Source of the DNA: an uncultured Planctomycetota bacterium
Lineage (GTDB): Bacteria; Planctomycetota; Planctomycetia; Isosphaerales; Isosphaeraceae
Assembly (NCBI GenBank): GCA_963845755.1
Contig: CAWJTV010000019.1
Coordinates: 224,001 to 288,000, forward strand
Reading direction: 5' to 3'
Length of the DNA stretch: 64,000 nt
Both the position numbers and the translations under genes were made by a program. The stretch's first letter is position 1; each line of letters opens with the position of its first letter. A model generated the notes under the pieces. The model was not told the origin of the DNA, made no database searches, and saw only the letters and a list, made by a program, of their open reading frames with translations. Of this stretch, positions 24,301-35,600 are shown piece by piece.

Positions 24301-25047
24301 CACTCCGTCCTCAACCCGAGCACCGCGATCGGCTACAACTTCCGATCCGTCGTGGCGGCCACGGCCGACGGTCGCGTCATCACCGGCCTGCTCGTCGAGG
24401 AGACCGCCGACCGGCTCGTGCTCAAGACCGCGACCGGCGAACGGATCTCACTCCCGACCGGATCGATCGAGGATCGCCGGACCAGCGACGTCTCGCTCAT
24501 GCCCGAGGGACTGGCCCAATCGCTGACCGAACGCGAGCTCGTCAACCTGCTCGTCTATCTGACGACCCTGAAGCAGCCTGTGAGTATCGTCGGCCAGTAT
24601 CACGTGGTCGGCCCATTCGCCCGGAATGGCGACGCGCCCCGGATCGACCCGGCGTCGGCGGTCGACCTCGACGCGACGATCGACGACGGAGGAGGCCGCA
24701 AGCTCTCCTGGCGCCGGATCACGGCGAATGCCGAGGGTCGGGTGGATCTTGCCTCCCTGGCGTCTGCCGATGCGAATTCTGGGGTGACCCTCTACGCCTA
24801 CACGCCGATCCTCTCGCCGACGGCCCAGAAGGCCACGCTCGTCCTCGACACCCCGGCGGAGGTCGCCGTGTGGCTCAACGGCAAACCCGTCGCGCTCTCG
24901 ACCGGCGAGGCCAAAGGCGAGCCGCGGACCGCGTTCGTTGATCTGCCCCAGGGCCCCGGTTCGCTCCTGATCCGCATGACCCCCGAAGGGCCGGCCCCAC
25001 TGGTCACGACGTTCGTGGCCGACCAGCCGGTCGGATTTGCCAAATAA
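21314..25047 (+). CDS. PVC-type heme-binding CxxCH protein (dehydrogenase-like beta-propeller, HEAT repeats, cytochrome c); frameshifted near 23420-23530
   Basis: Signal peptide; EDTDGDGKAD repeats; FRPVD..APDGSVFVADWYD; CGGCH...VGPDLS...SLMPEGL. Confidence 0.85.
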
Positions 25048-25055
25048 GTAAGAAC

Positions 25056-25113
25056 GCAGGTCAGGCTTTCCAGCCTGACGCGCCTTTTTGTCAGGCTGGA
25101 AAGCCCGACCTAC
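25056..25113. repeat. GTAG-type REP-like inverted pair (possible terminator or RNA-stabilising hairpin)
   Basis: GCAGGTCAGGCTTTCCAGCCTGAC / GTCAGGCTGGAAAGCCCGACCTAC, 22/24 complementary, 10-nt loop. Confidence 0.7.
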
Positions 25114-25115
25114 AT

Positions 25116-26006
25116 GTGAAAACCACCCCCGTGACGATCCCCGACGCGTCCGAGTCACCCCCCGGCTCCGCCCGCATCGCCGTCGCCATCCCATGCTTCA
25201 ACGAGGCGGCGGCGATCGCCATCGTGGTGGCGCAGTTCCGCGCGGTGTTACCGAGTGCCGAGATCGTGGTCTTCGATAATAACTCCACCGACGGCACTGG
25301 CGCGATCGCGCACGGGCTGGGTATTCGAGTGGTGAATGTCCCCGAGCAAGGCAAGGGGCACGCCGTCCGGGCCGCGTTCGCGGCCCTGGGGGACTTCGAG
25401 GTGCTGCTCCTGACCGACGGCGACGGCACCTACCCGGCCGAGGCCGCCCCGCTGCTGATCGCGCCGGTCCTCGAGGGCTCTGCCGACATGACCGTCGGCG
25501 CGCGCCAGCCCGCGCCCGGCGCCGGGGCGATGACCCTCACGCGCGGCGTGGGCAACCGATTGATCCGCGCGGCGTTCCGGCTGCTGATCGGGCCGGGAAA
25601 CACCGATCTCCTCTCCGGCTACCGCGCCTTCAGCCGTCGCTTCCGCACCGAGGTGACGTTGCGCTCCGAAGGCTTCGAGATCGAGACCGAACTGACCAGC
25701 GAGGCGGTCGCGCGCCGGCTCCGCGTCCTGGAGATCTCGATCCTCTATCATCCGCGAATCGCCGGCACCCAGAGCAAGCTTCGGGCCTACCGCGACGGCC
25801 TGAGGATCCTCGCGACGATCGTCGCGCAGAGCATTCGGCTGCGTCCTCATCGTACGATGTTGTTTGCGATCGTCCCGTGCGCGATCCTGGCGTTGACCGT
25901 CCACTGGGCATTCGCCGTCGCGGGCGGCCTGATCGTCATGACTCTGTGGAGCCTCTTCCTGATGGAGTTACGGTCGCGACCTCGGGGAAACACGATGAGC
26001 CGTTGA
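25116..26006 (+). CDS. Glycosyltransferase family 2 (DPM1-like) with C-terminal TM helices
   Basis: IPCFNE, DNNSTDGT, GKGHAV, TDGDGTY, DLLSGYRAF, FEIETEL. Confidence 0.9.
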   Translation: MKTTPVTIPDASESPPGSARIAVAIPCFNEAAAIAIVVAQFRAVLPSAEIVVFDNNSTDGTGAIAHGLGIRVVNVPEQGKGHAVRAAFAALGDFEVLLLTDGDGTYPAEAAPLLIAPVLEGSADMTVGARQPAPGAGAMTLTRGVGNRLIRAAFRLLIGPGNTDLLSGYRAFSRRFRTEVTLRSEGFEIETELTSEAVARRLRVLEISILYHPRIAGTQSKLRAYRDGLRILATIVAQSIRLRPHRTMLFAIVPCAILALTVHWAFAVAGGLIVMTLWSLFLMELRSRPRGNTMSR

Positions 26007-26018
26007 GGAAGGTCATAC

Positions 26019-26479
26019 ATGAACGATCTACCCCGGAAGTTGCCGATCTGGCCGGGAGCCCCGTCGGCCTCGAATCCGAAGAAGCACGTCGAGCAGCGAT
26101 ACGGCCCGGATTGCGCCATCGCCGCGGCTGCGACTATCACCGGGACCACGTACGACGAGGCCGCGTCGGTGGCGTTCTCGTTGCGTGAGGAGGGACTCGG
26201 CGGAATGCGCCTGACAACGTGATCAAGCTCCTGGAACGCCTTACGAATGTCCCCTGGCGCGTGATACCGGTTCTTCGTTCATGGATTCGGCTCTGCGAGA
26301 TGCCCTTCCCCAGCGAGCTGGTTCTCGCGACCATCGTTCACCCGTGGTGGCCCAAGGCCCATGCGATCGTCGTCCGCAGTCGAGTGGTGTACGACGGCTC
26401 TCTCCTGGAGCCTATATCTCCTCAGGATCATCCGCTCAAGAAATGGTATGTGGCCACGATAATCACTCGTGATCTGTAG
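26019..26479 (+). CDS. Small C39-like cysteine-peptidase-fold protein (frameshifted near 26220)
   Basis: VEQRYGPDCAIAA (Q..C), then HAIVV and VYD across the two abutting ORFs. Confidence 0.5.
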
Positions 26480-26500
26480 AAGGAGCCAGGTTGGAAAGAA

Positions 26501-26995
26501 CTACACGGATGATTGAACACGGATTATCGAACACGAAATACACGAAAAAAGCCAGAGAGAGAGGAGTGAGGTGCGATCGCCGACCTGATTTACAAGGATG
26601 AATCCTACAAGATCATGGGCGCCTGCTTCGAGGTCTACCAGACCCTCGGTCGCGGCTTCCTGGAGCCTGTCTACCAGGAATGCCTGGGAATCGAGCTCGC
26701 CGATCGAGGCGTACCATTCGTGCCCCAGCAGGAACTTCACCTTGTGTACAAGGGGCGAACCCTGAAGCAATTCTACAAGGCCGACTTTGTCTGCTATGAC
26801 AAGATCGTCATCGAGGTAAAAGCCGTGACCGAACTCTGCGATTCGCACCGCGCCCAGGCTTTCAACGACTTGAAGGCAACAGGTATGAGGCTCAGCATCC
26901 TCGTCAACTTCGGCGCTTATCCCAAGCTCGAGCATCATCGCATCGTATTCTAATTTTGTCTTTTTTCGTGTATTTCGTGTATTTCGTGTTCAATA
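26501..26995. repeat. Inverted arrays of 9-nt repeats flanking the GxxExxY gene
   Basis: ACACGAAATACACGAAAAAAG (26531-26551) is the exact reverse complement of 26960-26980; further ACACG(G/A)A units lie on both sides. Confidence 0.8.
26576..26953 (+). CDS. GxxExxY protein (PD-(D/E)XK-like)
   Basis: LGRGFLEPVYQECL, ADFVCYDKIVIEVKA, LVNFG. The frame is open from about 26576 behind GAGGAG (ATC in place of ATG); the ORF track starts at 26615. Confidence 0.85.
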   Translation: MADLIYKDESYKIMGACFEVYQTLGRGFLEPVYQECLGIELADRGVPFVPQQELHLVYKGRTLKQFYKADFVCYDKIVIEVKAVTELCDSHRAQAFNDLKATGMRLSILVNFGAYPKLEHHRIVF

Positions 26996-27052
26996 TCTCT
27001 TCCTCGGTTCTTCCGACAGTGCTCGAGCCATGACGGAGAGGATCGCAATCCT

Positions 27053-30000
27053 ATGACCATTCGTCCTTGGGACCGGCGGCTCGTCCTGGTGGTGACGACG
27101 TTCGTGGTCTCGATCGCCCCCACGGCCCTCTGTGCCGCGATGCCCAAGGTGCCCGATGGCTTCAAGATCCGCCTGGTGGCCGCGGTTCCGGCCGTGCAGT
27201 TTCCCTGCCAGGTCGCGACGGCCCCCGATGGTTCGCTGTTCGTCGGCGAGGACCCGATGGACCAGGTCGGCCCGGCGAACAAGCCAATCGACCGCATCCT
27301 CCTGTTCCGCGACGGCAAGGAGCCGGTCGTCTTCGCCGACAAGTTGAACGCGATCTTCGGCATGGTCTGGCACGACGGGTCGCTCTACGTCATGAACATG
27401 CCCCACCTCACCGTGTTTCGTGACAAGGATGGCGACGGCAAGGCCGACGAGCGCAAGGAGCTGTTCACGGACCTGGGCGTCCCCGCCGGGTCACCCAACG
27501 ACTTCAACGACCACATCGTCTCGGGCCTGAAGATCGGCATCGATGGGTATCTTTATATCTCGGTCGGTGACAAGGGCGTCCCCAAGGCCACCGGTCCGGA
27601 CGGCCGCACGGTGCAGGTGAAGGGGGGCGGCACGCTCCGCTGCCGGCTCGACGGCACGGGGCTGGAGGTCTATTCCACCGGGACCCGCAATCACCTCGAG
27701 CCCAACCTCGACGACCGCGACAACCTCTTCACCTACGACAACACCGACGACGGCCTGGGCTGGTGGACCCGCGTGACCCATCACATCGACGGTGGCTATT
27801 ACGGCTATCCGTACGATTACCACAAACGGACCGACCGGATGCTCCCCCGGATGGCCGAGTACGGCGGCGGCTCGCCCTGTGGCGGCGTGTTCTACGGCGA
27901 GGACGTCTGGCCCGAGAAGTATCGCGGCCGCCTCTTCTGGGCCGAGTGGGGCAAGCGGGCCGTCCAGTCGTTCCGGTTCGCCCCCGACGGCGCGACGTTC
28001 AAGGTCGGCGACATGATCGACTTCATCGAGCCCGGCGACGTCGAGAGCTTCCGCCCGCTCGACCTGGCGCTCTCGCACGACGGCAAGACCCTCTACGTCG
28101 CCGACTGGTCGATGGGCGGCTGGAACAACAAGACCGAGAAGCTCGGCCGGGTCTACGCGGTGACTTACGAGAAGGCGGACACGGTCAAGACCCGCCCGCG
28201 CGGCAAGGACTCCGACCCGATCGAAGCCCAGATCAAGCAGCTCGATCATCCCTCGTACAACGAGCGGCGCCGGGCACAGACGGCCCTGATCCGGCAGGGC
28301 AAGGCCGCGCTCATCGCGGTCACCGACGCACTGGCGAAGCCCGCGACCGACCCGCTCGCCAAACGGCACCTGGTCTGGGTCACTCGACGCGATCGCCGGC
28401 GGCACGCCCGAGGCGACCTATCCCTTGATCGACGCCCTGAAATCACCGGTCGCCGACGTCCGCGCCCAGGCCGCCCGCGCCCTGGGCGAGCGCACCGTGC
28501 CGATCGCCCGCGAGCCGCTGGTCAACCTGCTCAAGGACCGCGAGCCCTCGGTCCGGCTCCAGGCGATCATCGCCCTCGGGCGGATCGGCCTGAGCGACTC
28601 AATCCCCTCCTTGATCCCACGGGTTGCCGACTCCGACGTCTTCCTCGCGTTTTCCGCACGCCAGGCCCTGCGGCGCATCGGCGACTGGCCGCGGGCGGCC
28701 AAGTGGCTCGATTCGCCCGATCCCAAGGTTCGCGCCGGGGTGTTGCTCGCCTTGGAGGGAGTCTATGACGAGGCGGCCGTCATGGCCCTGGATCAGCTGG
28801 AGCGGACACACGATGGATGAAAAGGTCCAGACGATCCGGTTCCTGGCCGAGGTCGCTCGCAAGGCGCCCCCGTGGGACGGCAAGTGGTGGGGCACGCAGC
28901 CGGCCAGCGGCAAGCCGCCGGCCAGGACGATCGACTGGAGCCAGACGCGTCGCGTGCTGAGGACGATCCGAGGCTGGGTGGAGATGAAGTCCTATCGCGA
29001 ACCGTACGCGTCCAGGGAGCTCCCTGTCCGGCTCGCCGCCGTGGAGGCGCTCGTCGAGATCAACGACCGGGAGTCGCTGCCGATGCTCCGATCCCAGTTC
29101 GCGGTTGAGAAGTACGTCACGGTCCGCCGCGCGATCGCCCTGGCCCTGGGGAAGCTGGCCGACAAGGAGGCGCTCGACATCCTGATCGCCGCGCTTCGCG
29201 ACCCGCGATCGCCCGAACCGGTCCGTGACGCCGCGCTCGAGGCCGTCGAGACCATCGGCACGGGCAAGGCCGTGACGGCGCTGTCCGACCTGCTGACCCG
29301 CCAGACGCTCAGCCCCGACCGTCAGCCGCGCGTCATCGCCGCGCTGGGACGGTTCAAGGACCCCGCCGCGGTGAAGCCCCTGCTCGCCTCGTTGAAGAAC
29401 CCGGCGGCGAAAGTGCGATCGTCCTCCGTCGACGCCCTGGTCGCCATCGCAAAGGTTCGGAAAGAGGCGCCCCGCGACGAGGTGAGCCGTTCCGTCCGCG
29501 GGCTCCTCGCCGATCCCGATGTCGCGGTCCGGCACCGCGCGATGGCCGCCGCAGCCGAGTTAAAGGATCGTGACGCGATCCCCGCGCTGCTGACCGCATC
29601 CGAGAAGCCCGAATCCCAGTTCGAGGCCGGCCTGGCCCTGGCCGCGATGCCGGATCTCCGCGCGTTGCAAGTCTACCTCCGCGGCCTGACCGACAAGAAC
29701 ACCGAGCTGCGCCGCGCCTCGGCCACCGCCATCGCCAACCTCCGCGATCAGGCGGCCCCGGTGCTCGACCAGCTCGCCCAGCGTCACGAGCTGGCCCCCG
29801 CGCTGGTGCCCGAGTTGCGTTCCATCTTCGCGGGTGTGAAGCCGATCACGGACTGGCGCGTCGTCGGCCCGTTCCCGATCGCCGCGGCGCCGGGCCTCGA
29901 CGCCTCGCGGCCGATCGATCCCAAGGCCGGCTTCGAAGGCGCCGGCGGGCGCCACCTGACCTGGCGGACCGTCAAGCCGGCCGATCCCCGCGGACAGGTC

Positions 30001-30804
30001 AACCTCGGACATACCTACAGCCACGACGACGACCTCGCAGCCTACGGCTATGCCGAGGTCCCGAGCCCCTCCGACCGGCAGGCCCAGATGGCCGTCGGCT
30101 CCGACGACACGCTGACCGTCTGGCTCAATGGCAAGGAGGTCTACCAGTACTCCGACCGTCGCGGGTTCGAACCCGAGCAGGCGCGGTTCGACGTGACGCT
30201 GAAAAAGGGGGTGAATCGCGTGCTGATCCGCTGCGGCAACCTCGGCGGACCATGGGCCTACGCCGTCGCCATCACGGCCCCGGCGGACTTCGCGTTCCTC
30301 AAGGCCCCGTCGGGCGCGGGCTTCAACCCCGAGGTCTATCGCGCCCTCGCGCTCAAGGGACAGGGTAACCCCGATCATGGCCGCAAGCTCTTCAGCGACC
30401 TGAAGGGCCTGGCATGCATCAAGTGCCACACCGTGGGCAAGGAGGGCGGCACCGTCGGGCCGGAGCTCTCGAGCATCGCGTCCAAGTATCCCCGCGACGA
30501 GCTGATCGCGTCCGTCCTGTATCCCTCGGCCAAGATCTCCTCGGGCTACGAGCCGATCGCACTGGCCCTCGACGACGGCCGCGTCCTCACCGGCATCGTC
30601 CGCAACGAGACCTCTGAGGCCCTCGAGATCCAGGACGCCGACGCCAGGACGATCCGCATCGCCAAGGATCAGATCGAGGATCGCAAGCGCAGCGACGTCT
30701 CCGTCATGCCCAACGGCCTGGCCCAGGGACTCAGCACCGGGGACTTTGCCGATCTGATCGCTTATCTGGAGACACTCAAGAATGCGGATGTCAAGAACAG
30801 GTAG
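27053..30804 (+). CDS. Second PVC-type heme-binding CxxCH protein with HEAT repeats (frameshifts near 28380 and 28810)
   Basis: RDKDGDGKAD, FRPLDLA..DGKTLYVADW, HEAT repeats, GSDD.L.VWLNG, CIKCH...VGPELS, SVMPNGL. Confidence 0.85.
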
Positions 30805-30879
30805 ATTCAGGTCGATCTGACAGGAACCGGCAGTCGCGATCAGGCCGCCGTGTTACACTCGAAGCCGCGCGACGTCCGA

Positions 30880-32419
30880 ATGTCCACGGATCGTGCGGCA
30901 TCGCCCTGTGTCCGCAACTCGGAGATCAATCTCGTGAATCCCGCCAACCCGGACCGCGGACCTGTACCCGACGCCGATTCCGGATCCGGGTCGAGAGCCG
31001 GCCCGGAAGCTTCCCGTCCAGCCGAGGTCCCGCCGACGTTCGACGCCGTGCCGCGCCGGGCGTGGGGCATCTTCGCGATGCTCTTCGCGATGCATCTCCT
31101 CGACTCGGCCGATCGCTGGCTGCCGACCGCGGTCCTGCCGCAGATCGATCAGGAGCTCGGGCTGTCGGCGGGCCAGGCGGGATGGCTGTTCAACGGTATT
31201 ACTCCTGGGTTTCGCCGTCGCCGGCCCGCCGATCGGCTATCTGGCCGACCGGTTGCGGCGGCCCCGGCTCCTGGCGCTGGGGTTCGCCCTCGAGAGCCTG
31301 GCGACGGTCGTTTCCGGCCTGGCGCGGACCTACGACCAGCTCCTCGGGGCCCGGGTGCTGGTCGGCGTCGGCTCGGCCACCTTCGTGGTCATCGCCCTGA
31401 CGTGGCTCATGGACCTGTTCCCCAGCCGGCTTCGCGGCCGGGTCCTGGCGAGCTTCTTCCTGGCAATGCCCCTGGGTGCGGTCCTCGTGATGGGCCTGGG
31501 CACGGCCTTCGTCAATTGGCAGACGGCGTTCCTGGCGGCCGGCGCGCCGGGGCTCTTGCTGGCCCTCCTGGCCCTCGCCATGCCCGAGCCCGTGCGCGGG
31601 TGGAGCGAGGGCATCGACATCCCCCGCTTGCGGCTCCACGAACAAGTGGGGCCCAGTCGCGAGGATTATGTCGACCTCATGGTCAACTCGTCGTACACGT
31701 ATTCCGTCTTCGGCATGGCGTTCGCGTCGTTCGCCATCGCGGGATGGGTCTACTGGCTCCCCACGTTCCTCACGCTGGTCAAGGGACTCAACGCGGAACA
31801 CCAGGTCGATCGCCTGCTGGGTGGGACCCTCCTGGCGGCGGCGATCCTGGGCATCGGCGTGGGCGGCTGGCTGGCCGACGCCTTCGCGATCCGCAGGCCC
31901 CGGCTGGTGTTCACACTGCCCGGACTGGCGATGCTGGGCTCGATCGTCTGCGTCCTGATCGCGATCCATGGTCGCGGTGTGCCCTGGGTCTTCGGTGGCA
32001 CCTTCCTGGCGGTGGGGCTGATGGGCCTGGAGTTCGGCCCGTGCTATGCAGTCCTCTCTCGCGTGGTGATGCCGAACATGCGTGCCGTGGCCTGCGCCGT
32101 GACGCTCTCGGCCGCCCACCTCCTGGGCGACCTCTGGTCGCCGGCCCTGATGGGTTGGGTCATCGACACGTTCGGGCAGGCCGATTCCATGGCCACCGGG
32201 TTCGGCCACGTCCTGGCCGCTCTGGGCGCCCTGCCGGTCGTCGAGCCCGGCCGCGAACCCCAAAACCTGACCGCCGGCATGCTCGCCGTCTTGCCGGCGC
32301 TGTTGATCGCGGGCATCGTTCTGCTGGCAGGTTCGCGCCATCTTCCCCGCGAGATGGCCCTGATGCTCGCCAAGCTCCGGGCCGCGCCGAGCCGTCGAGC
32401 CGCCAGGCCGCGGGCGTGA
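30880..32419 (+). CDS. MFS transporter, Spinster-like (frameshifted near 31195)
   Basis: LLDSADRW...VLPQI, YLADR, ARVLVGVG, DLFP..RGR, HLLGDLWSP; multiple TM segments. Confidence 0.8.
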
Positions 32420-32637
32420 TGTCGGCCAGGCAATTCTGACCGAACTGGGGAGCTAAGTAGACCGGGTATGACGATCGCAAGGATCGCCCGGCAGTGGTTT
32501 CCGGCGGCACACTCTTGTGATCCCGATTAATCCCATTAAATTCGGAGAAAGGCACCGAGGTTGTCCTAAAGTTCTTCGGACGGATTCGACGGGCTCCCTC
32601 TCAGGGACGGGTCACCGTGGATCTCTGAAGACCGGAC

Positions 32638-35600
32638 ATGAAGCTGTTCAACAACCCTCGTCGCCCGCGGCGCCGCTCCCTGGGATTCGTCGAGCTCGAG
32701 AGCCGCTGCCTGCTCACGGCAACGGTCACCTGCCTCGGCCAGGACGGGCAGGACCTCGTCGGCCCCGATGCCTCCCAGGGTCCTGATGGGATCCAGGACC
32801 TGCATCTGCACTTCGCCGATCTCTCCGGCACCGTCTCATCGATCGCGATCCAGGCACCCGGCGGCTTCCAGTGGGCGACGGCACCCGACCCGACCGGTGC
32901 GGCGCTGGCGGAGTATTTCCCGTCCGCGACGACCGGTCAGGGCGACCTGTATCTCAACCCGCAGGTCAAGAGCGACCAGCCCCCGCCCGGCGGTTCGCTG
33001 CCGCTCGGCGGCTCGACGGGGAGCTTGATCGAACTGACCAGCGGCGCGAGCCTGACCGTGACCATCGACTATCAGGGTCAGGGCACTCCCGACGTGGTGA
33101 CCGTGCCCGTCTCGAACCTGGTCTCTGCCACCGATCCGATGCCTGCCACTCCCGTCCCGGCCGACGTCGTAGGCACGTTCCAGGTGGCCGACGACGGCCA
33201 GGACGGCACGGGCCTGTCGTATGAGCAAGGGTTCGTGCACCTGGTCGTGACCGCGCCGAGCGGCGTCGCCTTCGACAGCAACACCTTCGGCCAGGTCGCC
33301 TGGGGACTCAGCGATACGGTCGGCAACGCCTGGGACAGCACCACCGCCAGCCTCGGTCACAACCACCTTTATGCGTCGCTCCGGGCGAATTCCACGAACG
33401 TCGTGGACCTCTACTTCCCGCCGGACGGCAACGACGCGCCCCCGAGCGGCTCGAATGACCCCACGATGCTCTTGCAGGTCGGCCTGCCGGACGACGGTCA
33501 GGTCTATGCCACCGCGTTCGCGGGCGCGGACTGGGACCCGACCTTGATGACCGCGGCCCCGAACGCCCAGGCCCCGCCCACACCGCCGACCACCGAGGCC
33601 CAGCTCCGCGCCGATCTCATGTCGACGAGCCCCGAGTACGACACCATCGACCTGCCCGCCAACCAGACGATCGCGATCACCCAGCCGCTCGAAATCACCC
33701 ACACGGTCACGATCGTCGGCAACGGGGCCACGCTGTTCTTCCAGCAAGGCGACACGGCGGCCTGGCCGGCCGACGCCTCGGGTGCCATCTACGTCAACGC
33801 CTCCCCGTACAGCAACATCCAGTTGACGCTGGAAAACTTCACGATCCGTTTCGACATGAGCGTCCCGATCCGATGGAGCAACCCCGCGGGGACTCAGCCG
33901 GCGCTCTGGGATCCGGAGAACGACCCCGGCGGGATCACGAAGGCGGTGATCGATACACGCGACTCGAATACCAACCTGAATCGAGACCTCCTGACGTTGA
34001 CCGGCATGACGGTCTACGGCCCCCCGGCCTTCGACGGCTCCGCGTATTCCAATCTCCAGGCCCAGCTCGTGCAATCCGGCGACACCAGCGATGAGTATGT
34101 AGGCGAGCAGGATATCGACCTGATCCGGGCCAACGACGCGGACCTCGGGACGATCGCCGACAGCACGTTCCAGGGCGGATCGATCGAGGTCTTCGGTGGT
34201 CCCTGGACCATCACGGGCAACACGATCCTCGGCTCGACGGCCGACACCTATTCGCCGGGCGCCTTCGCCCTCCACGGCTCCGACGATGCCGTCGTCGAGG
34301 ACAATCAGGTCTCGCAGTCGGATCCCGCCGGCCGGGTGTTCCGCCTGATCGTCCTCGCCACCGGCGGCACCGGCAGCACGATCGCGGACAATACCTTCGG
34401 GGGCGGCGCGGGTCAGGTCGGTAACGAGTTGAGCTACAATTCGTCCATCGGCCAGTTCGACGGCATCAACGATCCGGAGGTGATCCTGGCCGAGAGCACT
34501 TATGGCGTCCTGTTCGAAGGCCGGCCGGGTGCGATCTCGGCGGACGGACGACTGCTAGTCCTCCCGAATCTCCGGGTTTCCGCCGTTCCGGCATCGACCG
34601 GTCCCGGGATGGTGGTCTCGATCCTCTCCGGCGTCGATGGCGACGGCACGTCCGACATGACCCTCGCCGGTCAGTGGTTCCCCGTCGCGCAGCAGGTCAG
34701 CCTCGTCGGCAACACCATCGAGCTGCTGATGGCGAACCCGCTGCCCGCTCCTCCCCCGGGGGGCTACTACGTGGTCGAGGTCACCGGCGGCTACGTCAAC
34801 GATACGATCGAGGGCAACACGATCGACCTCACGGGCAAGTCCTCGACCGCCATCAAGCTCGACGGCGAGGATTATGGGATCCGCATCGTCGGCAACCACA
34901 TCATCGGCGGGACGACCTACGACGACGGCTACAACGGCACGGCGATCTTCCTGGGGGCGGCCATCGGCTCTGCCCCGAGCGGATCCGGCGCCTTCCCCTT
35001 AAGTTGGGGCTGGACCGCCCTGCCGAGCCTGGGCGCGGTGATCGAAGGCAACGTGATCCAGGACTCCCTCGGCGGCATCATCCTCGGGGTGGAGCATAGC
35101 GACGACTACTGGACCGCGCAGGTCGGCACCACCTCGGAGACCGGGCGCGTCTTCCTGACGGCGACCGTGACCGGGAACACATTCGAGTATGATGCCGCTT
35201 TTCTGAACGCATGGGCCGCTGCGTACGTCGCCGAGAGGAACGATCCCGCGCAGGATTCCACCCCCCCGACGGTGACCATCGGCAGCGGTTGGAGTGCCGA
35301 GGCCCCCGGCCAGTACGCCGGCCCGCGGTTCCCCTGGACCGTGGGCGGCGCCTTGACGGTCAACGGCAGCGACCAGCCGATCTTCGTCGACCCGATCGAG
35401 AACGTCGTGACCGTCCAGGGGAATTCGGTCGAGGACATCTCGGCCAACGGGACGACCACCGCCCAGACGGGTCCATCCGGCCAGGTCTACGAAGGCATCG
35501 TCAACGGCGTCACGGTCGCCCCCACGTTGACGCCCCAGACGTATAACAACGAACCGTATTATCCGTTCAATCTCGACAACCTGGATATCGCCGCCGCGAT

